A DNA stretch of 64,000 nucleotides, taken from the IMG/VR virus record IMGVR_UViG_3300027852_000031, positions 102,380-166,379 of that record. One strand, written 5' to 3'. Position 1 is the stretch's first letter. Each line of letters opens with the position of its first letter. Of this stretch, positions 1 through 8,873 are shown one piece after another. The DNA is from a virus. The notes under the pieces are model-generated. The model was not told the origin of the DNA, ran no database searches, and saw only the letters and a program-made list of their open reading frames with translations. Made by a program: the position numbers and the translations under genes.

Positions 1-430
1 TATAGTGTTCGCAAAATTGAATCCAATTATAATGAAAATGATTCCACAAATCGATTGCCTGGGTAACAGACATTAGTCGTTCTGGTCTTTCTTTAAACCG
101 CTTTGAATAACTACACCACCATGAGTATGGCGACTTGACTGTAACTATGTATCGCAATTCTTTGGTTTCGACTGCTCGTCGCATATCATCCGTAACCATT
201 TTGAGAAGTTTTTGTTTCTCAGCAAATCGTTCAGTTGCAGAATGTGCTGGATCTACCCACGATCCACCGCTCCAATCGATGTTACCATTATCTGGTGGCT
301 TAGGGGAATGTTTCCATAGTAAAACTTCAGATAATACTTGAACGTCTTGGAAATTATTTTCCAATAACCATCTAGTATAGTTCGTGCCAGATCTTTTCAT
401 ACCTATTTGTTTGATATAGGTGGTCATCAT
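1..430 (-). CDS. Sulfotransferase-family protein (partial, runs off window start)
   Basis: Not in ORF track; manual translation MMTTYIKQIGMKRSGTNYTRWLLENNF...IVTVKSPYSWWCS shows 5'-PSB (RSGTN) and 3'-PB-like motifs; start overlaps upstream stop (TAATG). Confidence 0.7.
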   Translation of the reverse strand, partial: MMTTYIKQIGMKRSGTNYTRWLLENNFQDVQVLSEVLLWKHSPKPPDNGNIDWSGGSWVDPAHSATERFAEKQKLLKMVTDDMRRAVETKELRYIVTVKSPYSWWCSYSKRFKERPERLMSVTQAIDLWNHFHYNWIQFCEHY

Positions 431-1002
431 TATACCTTTCTACGCAATATAATCTCTATACATGCTTCTGCATTGTATGGATCATTGGTCTGATCAACAC
501 CGATTAGTGTATAATCATAGTTAGTATCTACCATTCTTATTAATACGATTTCAACACCAAATTGTTTCAACCATTCCGGAAGATAAATAGATTTTGGTAA
601 CTTACTGGATTCTTTTAAAGTAAACGACCATTTATGGTCTTTGTTGAATTGACTTGGCCATTTATTATGCTCATATAATCCTTCATCTGGGACAGTGATA
701 AATATAAACCCATTTGTTTTGACGATTCGTATCCATGACCGCATGGCTGAAACTGGATCATCTATATGTTCTAAGCAATTGGACGAATAAGCAAAATCAA
801 ATGTTTTTTCGCCTATCTCGCTCATAGTTTCAGCTTCGTTTGCCGTATCTACATGGATTTTGTCATACGGTATTACTTTACCAACCACTACATTTAATAT
901 ATCCTGGCCACATCCGATATCAATACCATCTCCGGTCAAATATAGCCGAAAATACCCCATAGACAATCGCCTGTTGTGTGCCTTGCTGGTTTCATAACTC
1001 AT
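430..1002 (-). CDS. Class I SAM-dependent methyltransferase
   Basis: IDIGCG motif I; FDFAYSSNCLEH; ITVP. Confidence 0.8.
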   Translation of the reverse strand: MSYETSKAHNRRLSMGYFRLYLTGDGIDIGCGQDILNVVVGKVIPYDKIHVDTANEAETMSEIGEKTFDFAYSSNCLEHIDDPVSAMRSWIRIVKTNGFIFITVPDEGLYEHNKWPSQFNKDHKWSFTLKESSKLPKSIYLPEWLKQFGVEIVLIRMVDTNYDYTLIGVDQTNDPYNAEACIEIILRRKV

Positions 1003-1684
1003 CTTTGTACCTTATCAGATAACAGTATTGTTTCCAAGCATCTGGGAGTCGATGTGAAACAAATGGTTCGTCATCTTTTCTTGTCATATAGATATTACTG
1101 GGTACCTTATGGCTCAACGACACCATACTCATTATACCCTGGAATGTAATCATTTTTTTTGCTTTTGACACAATACCAATTGCTTCTGGTAATGATGTTT
1201 TTCCCACAAGGTTTATAACCCCGGGTCCATTAATACATTTTAACCTATCATCTGTGCCGATTATAATGACAGGATATGGTGTTTGTTCTATCGTACCCTG
1301 GATTATATCTGTTCGTAATTGTCTATCCTGATTTGTGCGGCCAGCAATTGGGTTTAGTACGATATATTCTTGTGGCAAACTTGACATATACGGCAAGTTG
1401 AAATATGGGAATAATTGCCAATTATCTGGGTTATTAAAGATTCGACCATAACTTAAATGATCAGTAAACGTTGAGTAAATTCGTAAGCCACGATCAGATC
1501 TTGTGTTTACAAATTGTACTTTTATGTTAGGCAGCAAAGAATATATTTGTTTTATTAAATGTCTCCAATTGTATTGAGCCGTATAGTGCTCGCATATTAT
1601 TGGTTCGCATATCGCTATCTTGTATAAGATACATAATGTAATATATGTATCGCCGAGAGTACCGCTACAATTGTATATATTCAT
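992..1684 (-). CDS. GT9 (heptosyltransferase-like) glycosyltransferase
   Basis: N-terminal LGD; YIVLNP; INLVGKTSLPEAIGIVSKA typical of GT9 C-domain. Confidence 0.7.
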   Translation of the reverse strand: MNIYNCSGTLGDTYITLCILYKIAICEPIICEHYTAQYNWRHLIKQIYSLLPNIKVQFVNTRSDRGLRIYSTFTDHLSYGRIFNNPDNWQLFPYFNLPYMSSLPQEYIVLNPIAGRTNQDRQLRTDIIQGTIEQTPYPVIIIGTDDRLKCINGPGVINLVGKTSLPEAIGIVSKAKKMITFQGIMSMVSLSHKVPSNIYMTRKDDEPFVSHRLPDAWKQYCYLIRYKDEL

Positions 1685-2642
1685 CTTTCAATTCTCTGAA
1701 AGTACAACATGCAGTACCAGTTTTATTAACGACTATACCTGCTGCTATATTACTTATTTTCACAGACTCCTGTAGTGAATATCCAGCTGCGATGCACGAT
1801 GCCAAAGTGCTAATAACTGTGTCTCCAGCACCAGTTACATCTACTGTGTGATTAAGATTATTTTTTGTGATTGGTATGTGTGGTGGATGTGATGTGACAC
1901 AATCATTTTCATCTAACAAGAAAATACCCTTATCTGACATCGTAATTATAACAGATCGAAGATTCAAGTGGTTTTTGATCATAACTGCTAATCGTGCTAC
2001 GTCTATGTCATCATCAGTGTTTGGAACCAGTTGTCGTGCTTCTGACAGATTGGGCGATATGCACAAAAAATTGGAACAATACTGAGAATTAATTGGTTTT
2101 ATGTCGCCGACAATCGGACATTGAAATATTTGTTTTATAAAATTCATTGTTCTTTCTGTAAACACACCTTTTGCATAATCTGATATAATCAATATATCGA
2201 ATTCTGTTCGGGTATTAATTTGAGTTAGCGATTTGAGCAATTCATTCTCGTAAAGATTAACATTCTTTTCGGTTTCAAAACACGAATCGTCGTCATATCT
2301 GATAAGATGTTGTTGGTTCGCCAATATTCTGGTTTTGGTAATTGTTGGAAATACCGATTCTATGACCGCAGTTTGGCCTATACCGTATTCGGCTAACAAC
2401 AATTTGATTTGTCTAGCAGCACGATCTGCACCAACATATCCAGCTATTTCAACATTACACCCTAATGCACTAGCATTGATGGCTACATTGGCGGCGCCAC
2501 CGGGGACTAGCTTGGTATTAGATAATTTAACAACTGGGACTGGTGCCTCTGGCGATATTCTATGTACGACACCGTACTTGTATATATCTAGCATCAAATC
2601 ACCAACGACCAATATGTTTTTGTTTTCAAATGGATTCATCAT
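1665..2642 (-). CDS. rfaE1: D-glycero-beta-D-manno-heptose-7-phosphate kinase (HldE/RfaE domain I, PfkB family)
   Basis: VVGDLMLD, RISPEAPVPVV, GGAANVA, SDYAKG, DVTGAGDT. Confidence 0.93.
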   Translation of the reverse strand: MMNPFENKNILVVGDLMLDIYKYGVVHRISPEAPVPVVKLSNTKLVPGGAANVAINASALGCNVEIAGYVGADRAARQIKLLLAEYGIGQTAVIESVFPTITKTRILANQQHLIRYDDDSCFETEKNVNLYENELLKSLTQINTRTEFDILIISDYAKGVFTERTMNFIKQIFQCPIVGDIKPINSQYCSNFLCISPNLSEARQLVPNTDDDIDVARLAVMIKNHLNLRSVIITMSDKGIFLLDENDCVTSHPPHIPITKNNLNHTVDVTGAGDTVISTLASCIAAGYSLQESVKISNIAAGIVVNKTGTACCTFRELKDEYIQL

Positions 2643-3251
2643 TTACCCATACTTTTGTCTTTTGTCAATAACGACTAAGTAGCACCATTGGTTCATAGCT
2701 ACATCTCCAGGTTTGGTTCTAATTTTTGATATTGACACAGAATATGGTTTACAAATATCTCTAAATTCATTTATGTCGTTTAATATATACAATAATTCCC
2801 CGTTTTTACCAAATATTTTATTTTTTTTGTTACCCCAGTGGTTACAATGTCCTATTGGTGGTGGCGATTGGTTATTAAATGATTGCTCAAAAGGAACCGT
2901 GATAATTAATCTAGTTGTTGTCATAACTAATAACTTTTGTATAGCCACTCGATAGTTTGAAAGATGTTCTAATACCTCACTACAAATTACTACCGGACTA
3001 TCCTTAATAGGAAAAGATTCTGTTTTGAAGATATCAGTTATGTGAAAAGTTATGTTTTCAGTATCCTGCCAAATACTATGATGCCGACAGTCTGTAGCAT
3101 ATACTCTGTAACCCATAGAAGCCAATATCCTATCTATTCGTCCTGCACCACACCCAATATTCAGAATAGTTTTGTCATACTGATAATTGGGTATTGCATC
3201 TATTATAGCTACGTCTCTTATATCGGCATAGTCCATTGTGTAGTCCATCAA
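2643..3251 (-). CDS. Class I SAM-dependent methyltransferase
   Basis: ILNIGCGAG; VICSEVLEHL; IITVP. Confidence 0.8.
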   Translation of the reverse strand: MMDYTMDYADIRDVAIIDAIPNYQYDKTILNIGCGAGRIDRILASMGYRVYATDCRHHSIWQDTENITFHITDIFKTESFPIKDSPVVICSEVLEHLSNYRVAIQKLLVMTTTRLIITVPFEQSFNNQSPPPIGHCNHWGNKKNKIFGKNGELLYILNDINEFRDICKPYSVSISKIRTKPGDVAMNQWCYLVVIDKRQKYG

Positions 3252-3282
3252 TATAAATCGTATCGAATCTCTATCTTGCCCG

Positions 3283-4056
3283 CTATGAAATAAGTGCTAA
3301 TGTTTCTGAAACTATATTCTCTGGACTCGGCTCAACAGCATGTCCAATAAATTTTATGGGTGATTTAAATGGATTCCACATAGTTTGATATCGCTGTTTT
3401 AATGTATGATGAATAGACGCAATCCACGTGACATGCGGACAACCACATAGGCTCGCCAAGTGAATAGTGCCGCTACTAGGTCCAACAACACATTTTGCGA
3501 CGGATATTGCTCCACATTGAGTAGCTAGGGGTTTGTCTCTCAGATCCCTTGCTCCATTTGGGCAATAATTTTCTTTTCCTCCGAAGCATCCGACAGTTAA
3601 TCCTTGTTCAATAAGCAGTTCTACAACCTTCCTGCATTTGTTTAACGGGTACGTCTTTCCTGGAACTTCAAGTTTACCGATATACTTCTCTGGCCTAAAA
3701 GCGCACATAATATCTATCTGATCTATAGAACTTATATTTGACAAATGTCTCCATTCCCTTGGTGTTGATATTTTCTCTGGTCCACTAGTATCAGCTTCGA
3801 AGATTGTCTTCGGACCTAAGTAGTGATTAGCTTCCACAACAGGTTCGTCACCAATTAACTTACCATCACAATAACTAAGACCTTCTGTTTCTAATGGTAT
3901 GAATTTATCAGCAAATTCGTATAGATATCTTGAATTATGTGGTGCTGCCACGATTATGTGGTAATATTGTTTTGCTAGATATCGGAGGAATGGATTCCAC
4001 CAACACAATTCCCATCCGAATTCCCCCTTCCATGGACCGGCATATAATGTACTCAT
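3283..4056 (-). CDS. GT9-like glycosyltransferase
   Basis: GEFGWEL N-terminus; VVGPSSGTIHLASLCGCP resembles GT9 DSGxxHLA motif. Confidence 0.6.
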   Translation of the reverse strand: MSTLYAGPWKGEFGWELCWWNPFLRYLAKQYYHIIVAAPHNSRYLYEFADKFIPLETEGLSYCDGKLIGDEPVVEANHYLGPKTIFEADTSGPEKISTPREWRHLSNISSIDQIDIMCAFRPEKYIGKLEVPGKTYPLNKCRKVVELLIEQGLTVGCFGGKENYCPNGARDLRDKPLATQCGAISVAKCVVGPSSGTIHLASLCGCPHVTWIASIHHTLKQRYQTMWNPFKSPIKFIGHAVEPSPENIVSETLALIS

Positions 4057-4064
4057 ATAACCAC

Positions 4065-4799
4065 CTATTGTATGGCGTTACCATCGTATGTGTACAACGT
4101 TCTTCCGTTGATGTCTATCACTCGGTTAATTTGCAACTTATCCATCATTAGTCTTAAATATTGTTGCATACGACAATTTCTGTGATTATAATAATTTGTA
4201 TCCTTAATCGGTCTATGCCCGACAGAAACAGTTGGCGTATGTCCTATGTTTAATTTGCCTATAGATCTTGCAAAGAAAATCATATGGTCAACTGTTTTAA
4301 AATCATGATCCCAACCACCTATCTCTTTGACTTTATCCGTCCTGCTCATCCAAAATTGTAGAACAATATTCCATAAAATGAAATTATCTAAAACTCCAGA
4401 TGGTGTTTTGCTGAATACCAATGCCCCATCTACAATGTGTAGGCTGGCGTGGTATTCTGGATGTCCATCCACATTACCACCTATCATATGAAGATTGGTT
4501 TCGTCTAATATCGTTAACCACTTTTCAAGTCGTGTCCTATGGTCAAAAACAAAATCGTCATCTAACGTCACAACAAATTCGGTGTCTACTTTGCTTAGTG
4601 CCAAATTTCTTCCAGCAGAAACGCCACTGTCATATGGCATGTGTAGGTGATCCACACCAGTTAGTTTGCATGGATTACTGCTATCATCAGCCACTATTAT
4701 TCTTATGTCTGGATACATCAGTTTAATGCTATATATTAATCTATTTAAGCAGTTTGGTCTCTCGAATGTTTTTACTATAAATGTCACACGCTTTTTCAT
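4065..4799 (-). CDS. GT2 glycosyltransferase
   Basis: KTFERP, IIVADD, GVSAGRNLALSKVDT, LDDD (DxD). Confidence 0.85.
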   Translation of the reverse strand: MKKRVTFIVKTFERPNCLNRLIYSIKLMYPDIRIIVADDSSNPCKLTGVDHLHMPYDSGVSAGRNLALSKVDTEFVVTLDDDFVFDHRTRLEKWLTILDETNLHMIGGNVDGHPEYHASLHIVDGALVFSKTPSGVLDNFILWNIVLQFWMSRTDKVKEIGGWDHDFKTVDHMIFFARSIGKLNIGHTPTVSVGHRPIKDTNYYNHRNCRMQQYLRLMMDKLQINRVIDINGRTLYTYDGNAIQ

Positions 4800-7144
4800 A
4801 TTTCACTCTCAACAAATTCTTCGTCTAAAACTGTATCATCTATGCCACCATTGATAAGATCCTGTGCTTTCCATAGTTTATCTAAAGCTACTACGCCCAA
4901 AAAGTCAAATTTTACAGCGCCCATTGCTTCGGCATCATACATCTCTAAACCGACGACTCTATCCTTATTCTTTGGGTCGTATACTAAAGGAACTAATTCG
5001 GCTATGGGCCTATCTGCGATTACTACACCAGCAGCATGTTTCGATTGTGATTTTTTTGTTCCTTCTATCCTCATGGCCTGATCGAATAATGGTTTATACC
5101 AGTTATAAGCATCTCGTATTTGATCTATGTTGTGAACTGACCATTGTAGAATGCCATAATCATCTCCCTGTTCCTTTCTTGCCTGACGCAATTCATCAGC
5201 AATAGTAGCTTCATCTGGTATAAAATGTGTAATTTCATTACACAGGTCGTGTGGAGTGATATGGATTTCATTTGGATCTTTACCTTCTTTTACTGCCTTA
5301 ACTTTCATAAGCTGTTTAACAGTATCTGGGTGGGCTCTAAAGACTTCCTTCAAAGCTGCTTTACCCTGTAGTCTTCCGAAGGTTATCATTTGTGCAACAT
5401 ATTCCTCTCCCCATCGTTCTTTCAGGTATGCTATTACTTCATTCCTAAAAACAACCCCAATATCTGTGTCAATGTCTGGCAAACTTATATGACCACTATG
5501 TGTAGTAACTTTCTTGTCCGTATCAAATTCGTTTCGTCCAGCTAATGTTAATCCCAAACCATATGCCAAATGCGAATTTGATTTATTATCTGCTGGTTTT
5601 AACAAAAGCATGTCGTGTAAATACATCCACATTCTAGGGTTGTTGTGGTCTATCCACTCCACCTCTTCCCTCATATGGTTGGTAAATTCAATTCCATATT
5701 TTCGCATACGTTTCGCCAAGTGTCTCGCGATTTTTGCCCTTTCGTCGTCACGGTTTCGAGTGTGTAGTAATTCAAAATTATCAGACATCCATGACATAAA
5801 ATCCTGTTGGCCAATATCAAAGTGTGGTGGAATATTTCTACTCATATTATAGAATCGTTCAAAGTATAATCCATATTCAATAGGATCTATACCAGTGATT
5901 CCTACAAGATAATTTACCAATGATCCAGCGCCAGATCCACGACCCTTACCTCTTGGTCCATTTTTGGCATCGACAAACTTGCAAGCATCCCATACTATCA
6001 AAAAGTAATCAGCAAGACCAGCTTCGTTGATAACGATTAGTTCTTTTTTGAGTCTTGCCCAATAAACAACTTTTTGCTCATCCGTGCAATCTGATAGTTT
6101 GGTTTTAGCACCTTGTATACATAAGTGTCTAAGATAATCATTGGAGTCTAGTCCTAGTGTGCTAGACTCTTCGTTTGTGAATACTGGAAGATACGGAGAA
6201 TGACCAAGTGATGTGTAATTTATTTTTGCCGCTATATCAAGTGTGGTTTGTAATTCCTGTTCAGTAAAATGCTCTCTCATTTCATCATATGACGGGATAT
6301 AATAGTTGTCTGATACCATGAAGTCCATAACATCGCCCGTCTGCTTAAGTTTCAGATCTTGTTCTTCTCTGGTGGTGTGAAGTTGCGCATAGAGCAATAG
6401 TCTTTGGTCTTCCGCTTCTGTTTGTCTACAATAATGTGCATCAATCGTCGCTACTGTTGACACACCAGTTTCGTCTCCTAGCTGCCTCAAGCAATCAACT
6501 ACTACCTTTTGAATATCCATACCCTCATTTTGTAGTTCGAGGTAGTAGTTATCTTTACCGAATATTTCGATATGCTTATTGATTATATCAACACCAACTT
6601 GCTTCCAGTCGGGTTTAAGAAGTTGTCTAACGCCCTGCACATTAGTGCCATGTCCACTAGCTATTGTGGCTTCCCGGAAGTTAACAAATAGGCTAGAAGG
6701 CAATTCCCCGGCAATACAAGCTGTTAAAAATATCAGGTTATTTCTGCTGGCGAATTGTGTTATTCCACCAAGATGTATCCGTGGTTTACGATAAAAATAA
6801 TCTGGTCTATTAGATTCACTTATTAATTCCATTAGATCCTTAATGCCATCATCATTTTTAGCCAAAACTATTAGATGATTGCGTGTATTATTCGTATTAT
6901 CTTTTATGGCGGCGTCTTTTTCGACAACGTACATTTCACATCCAATAATGGGTTTTATTTGTTTTTTCATTGCTGCGTCATAAAAGGTTTTCAAACACGA
7001 TATATTCCCGTGGTCGGTGATGGCCACACCTGGTAATTTAAGTTCGACACATCTATCGACTATATCTTTTGGGGAACACAGGCCATCCAAAAGACTATAA
7101 AAGCTATGACAATGAAGTGGAACATATGTATTTTTTGTTTTCAT
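4796..7144 (-). CDS. dnaE: DNA polymerase III alpha subunit, N-terminal part (PHP + palm/thumb); lacks C-terminal finger/HhH/OB region
   Basis: LHCHSFYSLLDG, AITDHG, GRGSGAGSLV, FERF, PDIDTD, HAAGVVI, KFDFLG; ends about 30 aa after KFDFLG; ATG 7144 preferred (ATGA overlap). Confidence 0.93.
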   Translation of the reverse strand: MKTKNTYVPLHCHSFYSLLDGLCSPKDIVDRCVELKLPGVAITDHGNISCLKTFYDAAMKKQIKPIIGCEMYVVEKDAAIKDNTNNTRNHLIVLAKNDDGIKDLMELISESNRPDYFYRKPRIHLGGITQFASRNNLIFLTACIAGELPSSLFVNFREATIASGHGTNVQGVRQLLKPDWKQVGVDIINKHIEIFGKDNYYLELQNEGMDIQKVVVDCLRQLGDETGVSTVATIDAHYCRQTEAEDQRLLLYAQLHTTREEQDLKLKQTGDVMDFMVSDNYYIPSYDEMREHFTEQELQTTLDIAAKINYTSLGHSPYLPVFTNEESSTLGLDSNDYLRHLCIQGAKTKLSDCTDEQKVVYWARLKKELIVINEAGLADYFLIVWDACKFVDAKNGPRGKGRGSGAGSLVNYLVGITGIDPIEYGLYFERFYNMSRNIPPHFDIGQQDFMSWMSDNFELLHTRNRDDERAKIARHLAKRMRKYGIEFTNHMREEVEWIDHNNPRMWMYLHDMLLLKPADNKSNSHLAYGLGLTLAGRNEFDTDKKVTTHSGHISLPDIDTDIGVVFRNEVIAYLKERWGEEYVAQMITFGRLQGKAALKEVFRAHPDTVKQLMKVKAVKEGKDPNEIHITPHDLCNEITHFIPDEATIADELRQARKEQGDDYGILQWSVHNIDQIRDAYNWYKPLFDQAMRIEGTKKSQSKHAAGVVIADRPIAELVPLVYDPKNKDRVVGLEMYDAEAMGAVKFDFLGVVALDKLWKAQDLINGGIDDTVLDEEFVESEI

Positions 7145-7239
7145 ATATGTCTCCATGCTTTGTGTAATTTTATGGCAGAAACTAAACTTTGTGTAATACC
7201 AAATTGTTGTGCTATATCGATTGTATTTAATCTCTTCAC
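7141..7239 (-). CDS. 32-aa helix-turn-helix micro-ORF (resembles C-terminal HTH of HNH endonucleases)
   Basis: Manual translation VKRLNTIDIAQQFGITQSLVSAIKLHKAWRHI; GTG overlaps upstream TGA and its own TGA overlaps the dnaE ATG. Confidence 0.55.
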   Translation of the reverse strand: MKRLNTIDIAQQFGITQSLVSAIKLHKAWRHI

Positions 7240-8180
7240 ATGTTTATTATCTTTATTTCCCCATTGTCTGCCACATATTTTGTAGCAACGTAACTTTCGC
7301 CTAGTGTGTGTAGATCACTCCATATTTTTTGACATACGTCATCTTTATTAAATGAACACATTTTACATTTCCAGCTTCTACTCCGACGAATCAATGTATC
7401 CTTGCGAATCGTGGTGAAAAATCTATATAGCACAGATATTGTCTGGGCAATATCTTCTTGTGAAAATGAGATTGTGATTGGACCCTGGTCATTCGTATAA
7501 TAGAATGTTATAATGATGTTTTTATATTGTGGATACAACAAATATATAGCCAAATGATATAATCTTGGTTGTATTTCTTGAGTCAAGAAAAATTCATCTA
7601 TAGGTTCTTTCGTGGATAAATCGGTTCTACTGCCAGTTTTCCAATCAACAATCTCGATAGTGTCTTCGTCTATCCTATGTAACAAGTCAATAAAGCCTCT
7701 AATTGCAAATTGTTTCACTTTCCCATTTTCATCTACACATTCCCACTCTTTCCCCGGCATTTCCAAAGCAAACCATTTTTCTGTATCAAGCACTTCTGCA
7801 CAATAAGGATTATAAAATTTGTCATTCAAAACACTTTCCATGGCTATTCTACATTTTTTATAATCAGCAGCTTCTTTGTATTCTCCTGTTATCTTGTCTA
7901 TGCGTGTTGTGGTTTTTCGTATTGCGATGTGCGGTGTTTTGTCTACCCAATCATCCCATGCTCTATCTAATAACCACATTGGATCAACATTAGTTTTATT
8001 ACGTTTTTTCAGTTTTCCCATCCACTCCAATGCTTGGTGAACGATATTACCTTGTAATGCCGCTTTACCAGCTTTTGATCTAAGTCCAAGTATATAATTG
8101 AGAAAATAACCAAAAGGGCAATTCTGGTATAATCTCAACGAACTTGCACTACATCTATGTATTTTCATACCGCATCTCAC
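7236..8180 (-). CDS. PD-(D/E)XK RecB/Cas4-like exonuclease
   Basis: SASSLRLYQNCP, GNIVHQALE, GFID, IVDWKTG, QPRLY, C-terminal CKMC...C. Confidence 0.85.
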   Translation of the reverse strand: MRCGMKIHRCSASSLRLYQNCPFGYFLNYILGLRSKAGKAALQGNIVHQALEWMGKLKKRNKTNVDPMWLLDRAWDDWVDKTPHIAIRKTTTRIDKITGEYKEAADYKKCRIAMESVLNDKFYNPYCAEVLDTEKWFALEMPGKEWECVDENGKVKQFAIRGFIDLLHRIDEDTIEIVDWKTGSRTDLSTKEPIDEFFLTQEIQPRLYHLAIYLLYPQYKNIIITFYYTNDQGPITISFSQEDIAQTISVLYRFFTTIRKDTLIRRSRSWKCKMCSFNKDDVCQKIWSDLHTLGESYVATKYVADNGEIKIINM

Positions 8181-8243
8181 TCAATAATTTACACATCGAC
8201 CCCACTACATATGCTAGACACATAAGATAGATTCAACCACAAA

Positions 8244-8873
8244 CTAAGCCTCATTATACCATCCCTTGACCCTGGGTGTTACGTCATCCAGATCATCTCT
8301 GTGGATAAGATTAAAATGCAATATTGATGCAGCATTAAAGAAGATTGCGCTTAAATGATCTTCGTCTGTTTCATTTTCAATAATAGAAAAAATATGTCTC
8401 ATTAGACTAGCATGGAAAACACTCAGTGGCATTCCTTTGGCCCAATTCCATGGATCATATTTTTTAGCACCCCCGCCATAGTGATTAGCCAATCTGTAAT
8501 ATGTTTTAGGAGAAATAATATGAAAACTATTGTCACTATCGTCATTGTGCATTAATGGGGCATCTTTTTCTTGTTGCATAATTACATCTAAAACAATTTG
8601 TATAATGTGAATTAAGTTGTTGTTACTTGGGTCATCACCCCATCCCATGCCCAAATTCCAAAGTTGAGCTTTTATATTATCACTTACACCAAATTCATCA
8701 AGGCGTGTGAATGGGTATGTTTTAGTGTTTATAATTGTTTTTATAACAGTGGTTGGTATCAAATCGAATCTGGGTTTATCGTAATCAACATCTCTAGTAG
8801 CACCAGTATCAAATCCGCGACGATCTCCAGAATCTTTAATATCAAATTCAGTTGTCATACAAAACGTCTCCAT
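8244..8873 (-). CDS. dATP/dGTP diphosphohydrolase-like protein (DUF5664 type)
   Basis: KDSG..FDTGATRD...KPRFDLIP and GAKKYDPWNWAKG...SLMRH...EDHLSAIFFNA motifs. Confidence 0.75.
   Translation of the reverse strand: METFCMTTEFDIKDSGDRRGFDTGATRDVDYDKPRFDLIPTTVIKTIINTKTYPFTRLDEFGVSDNIKAQLWNLGMGWGDDPSNNNLIHIIQIVLDVIMQQEKDAPLMHNDDSDNSFHIISPKTYYRLANHYGGGAKKYDPWNWAKGMPLSVFHASLMRHIFSIIENETDEDHLSAIFFNAASILHFNLIHRDDLDDVTPRVKGWYNEA

Noticed and set aside
5490-5845. Intein in DnaE
   Set aside because: Insert lacks a C/S start with block B and an HN end
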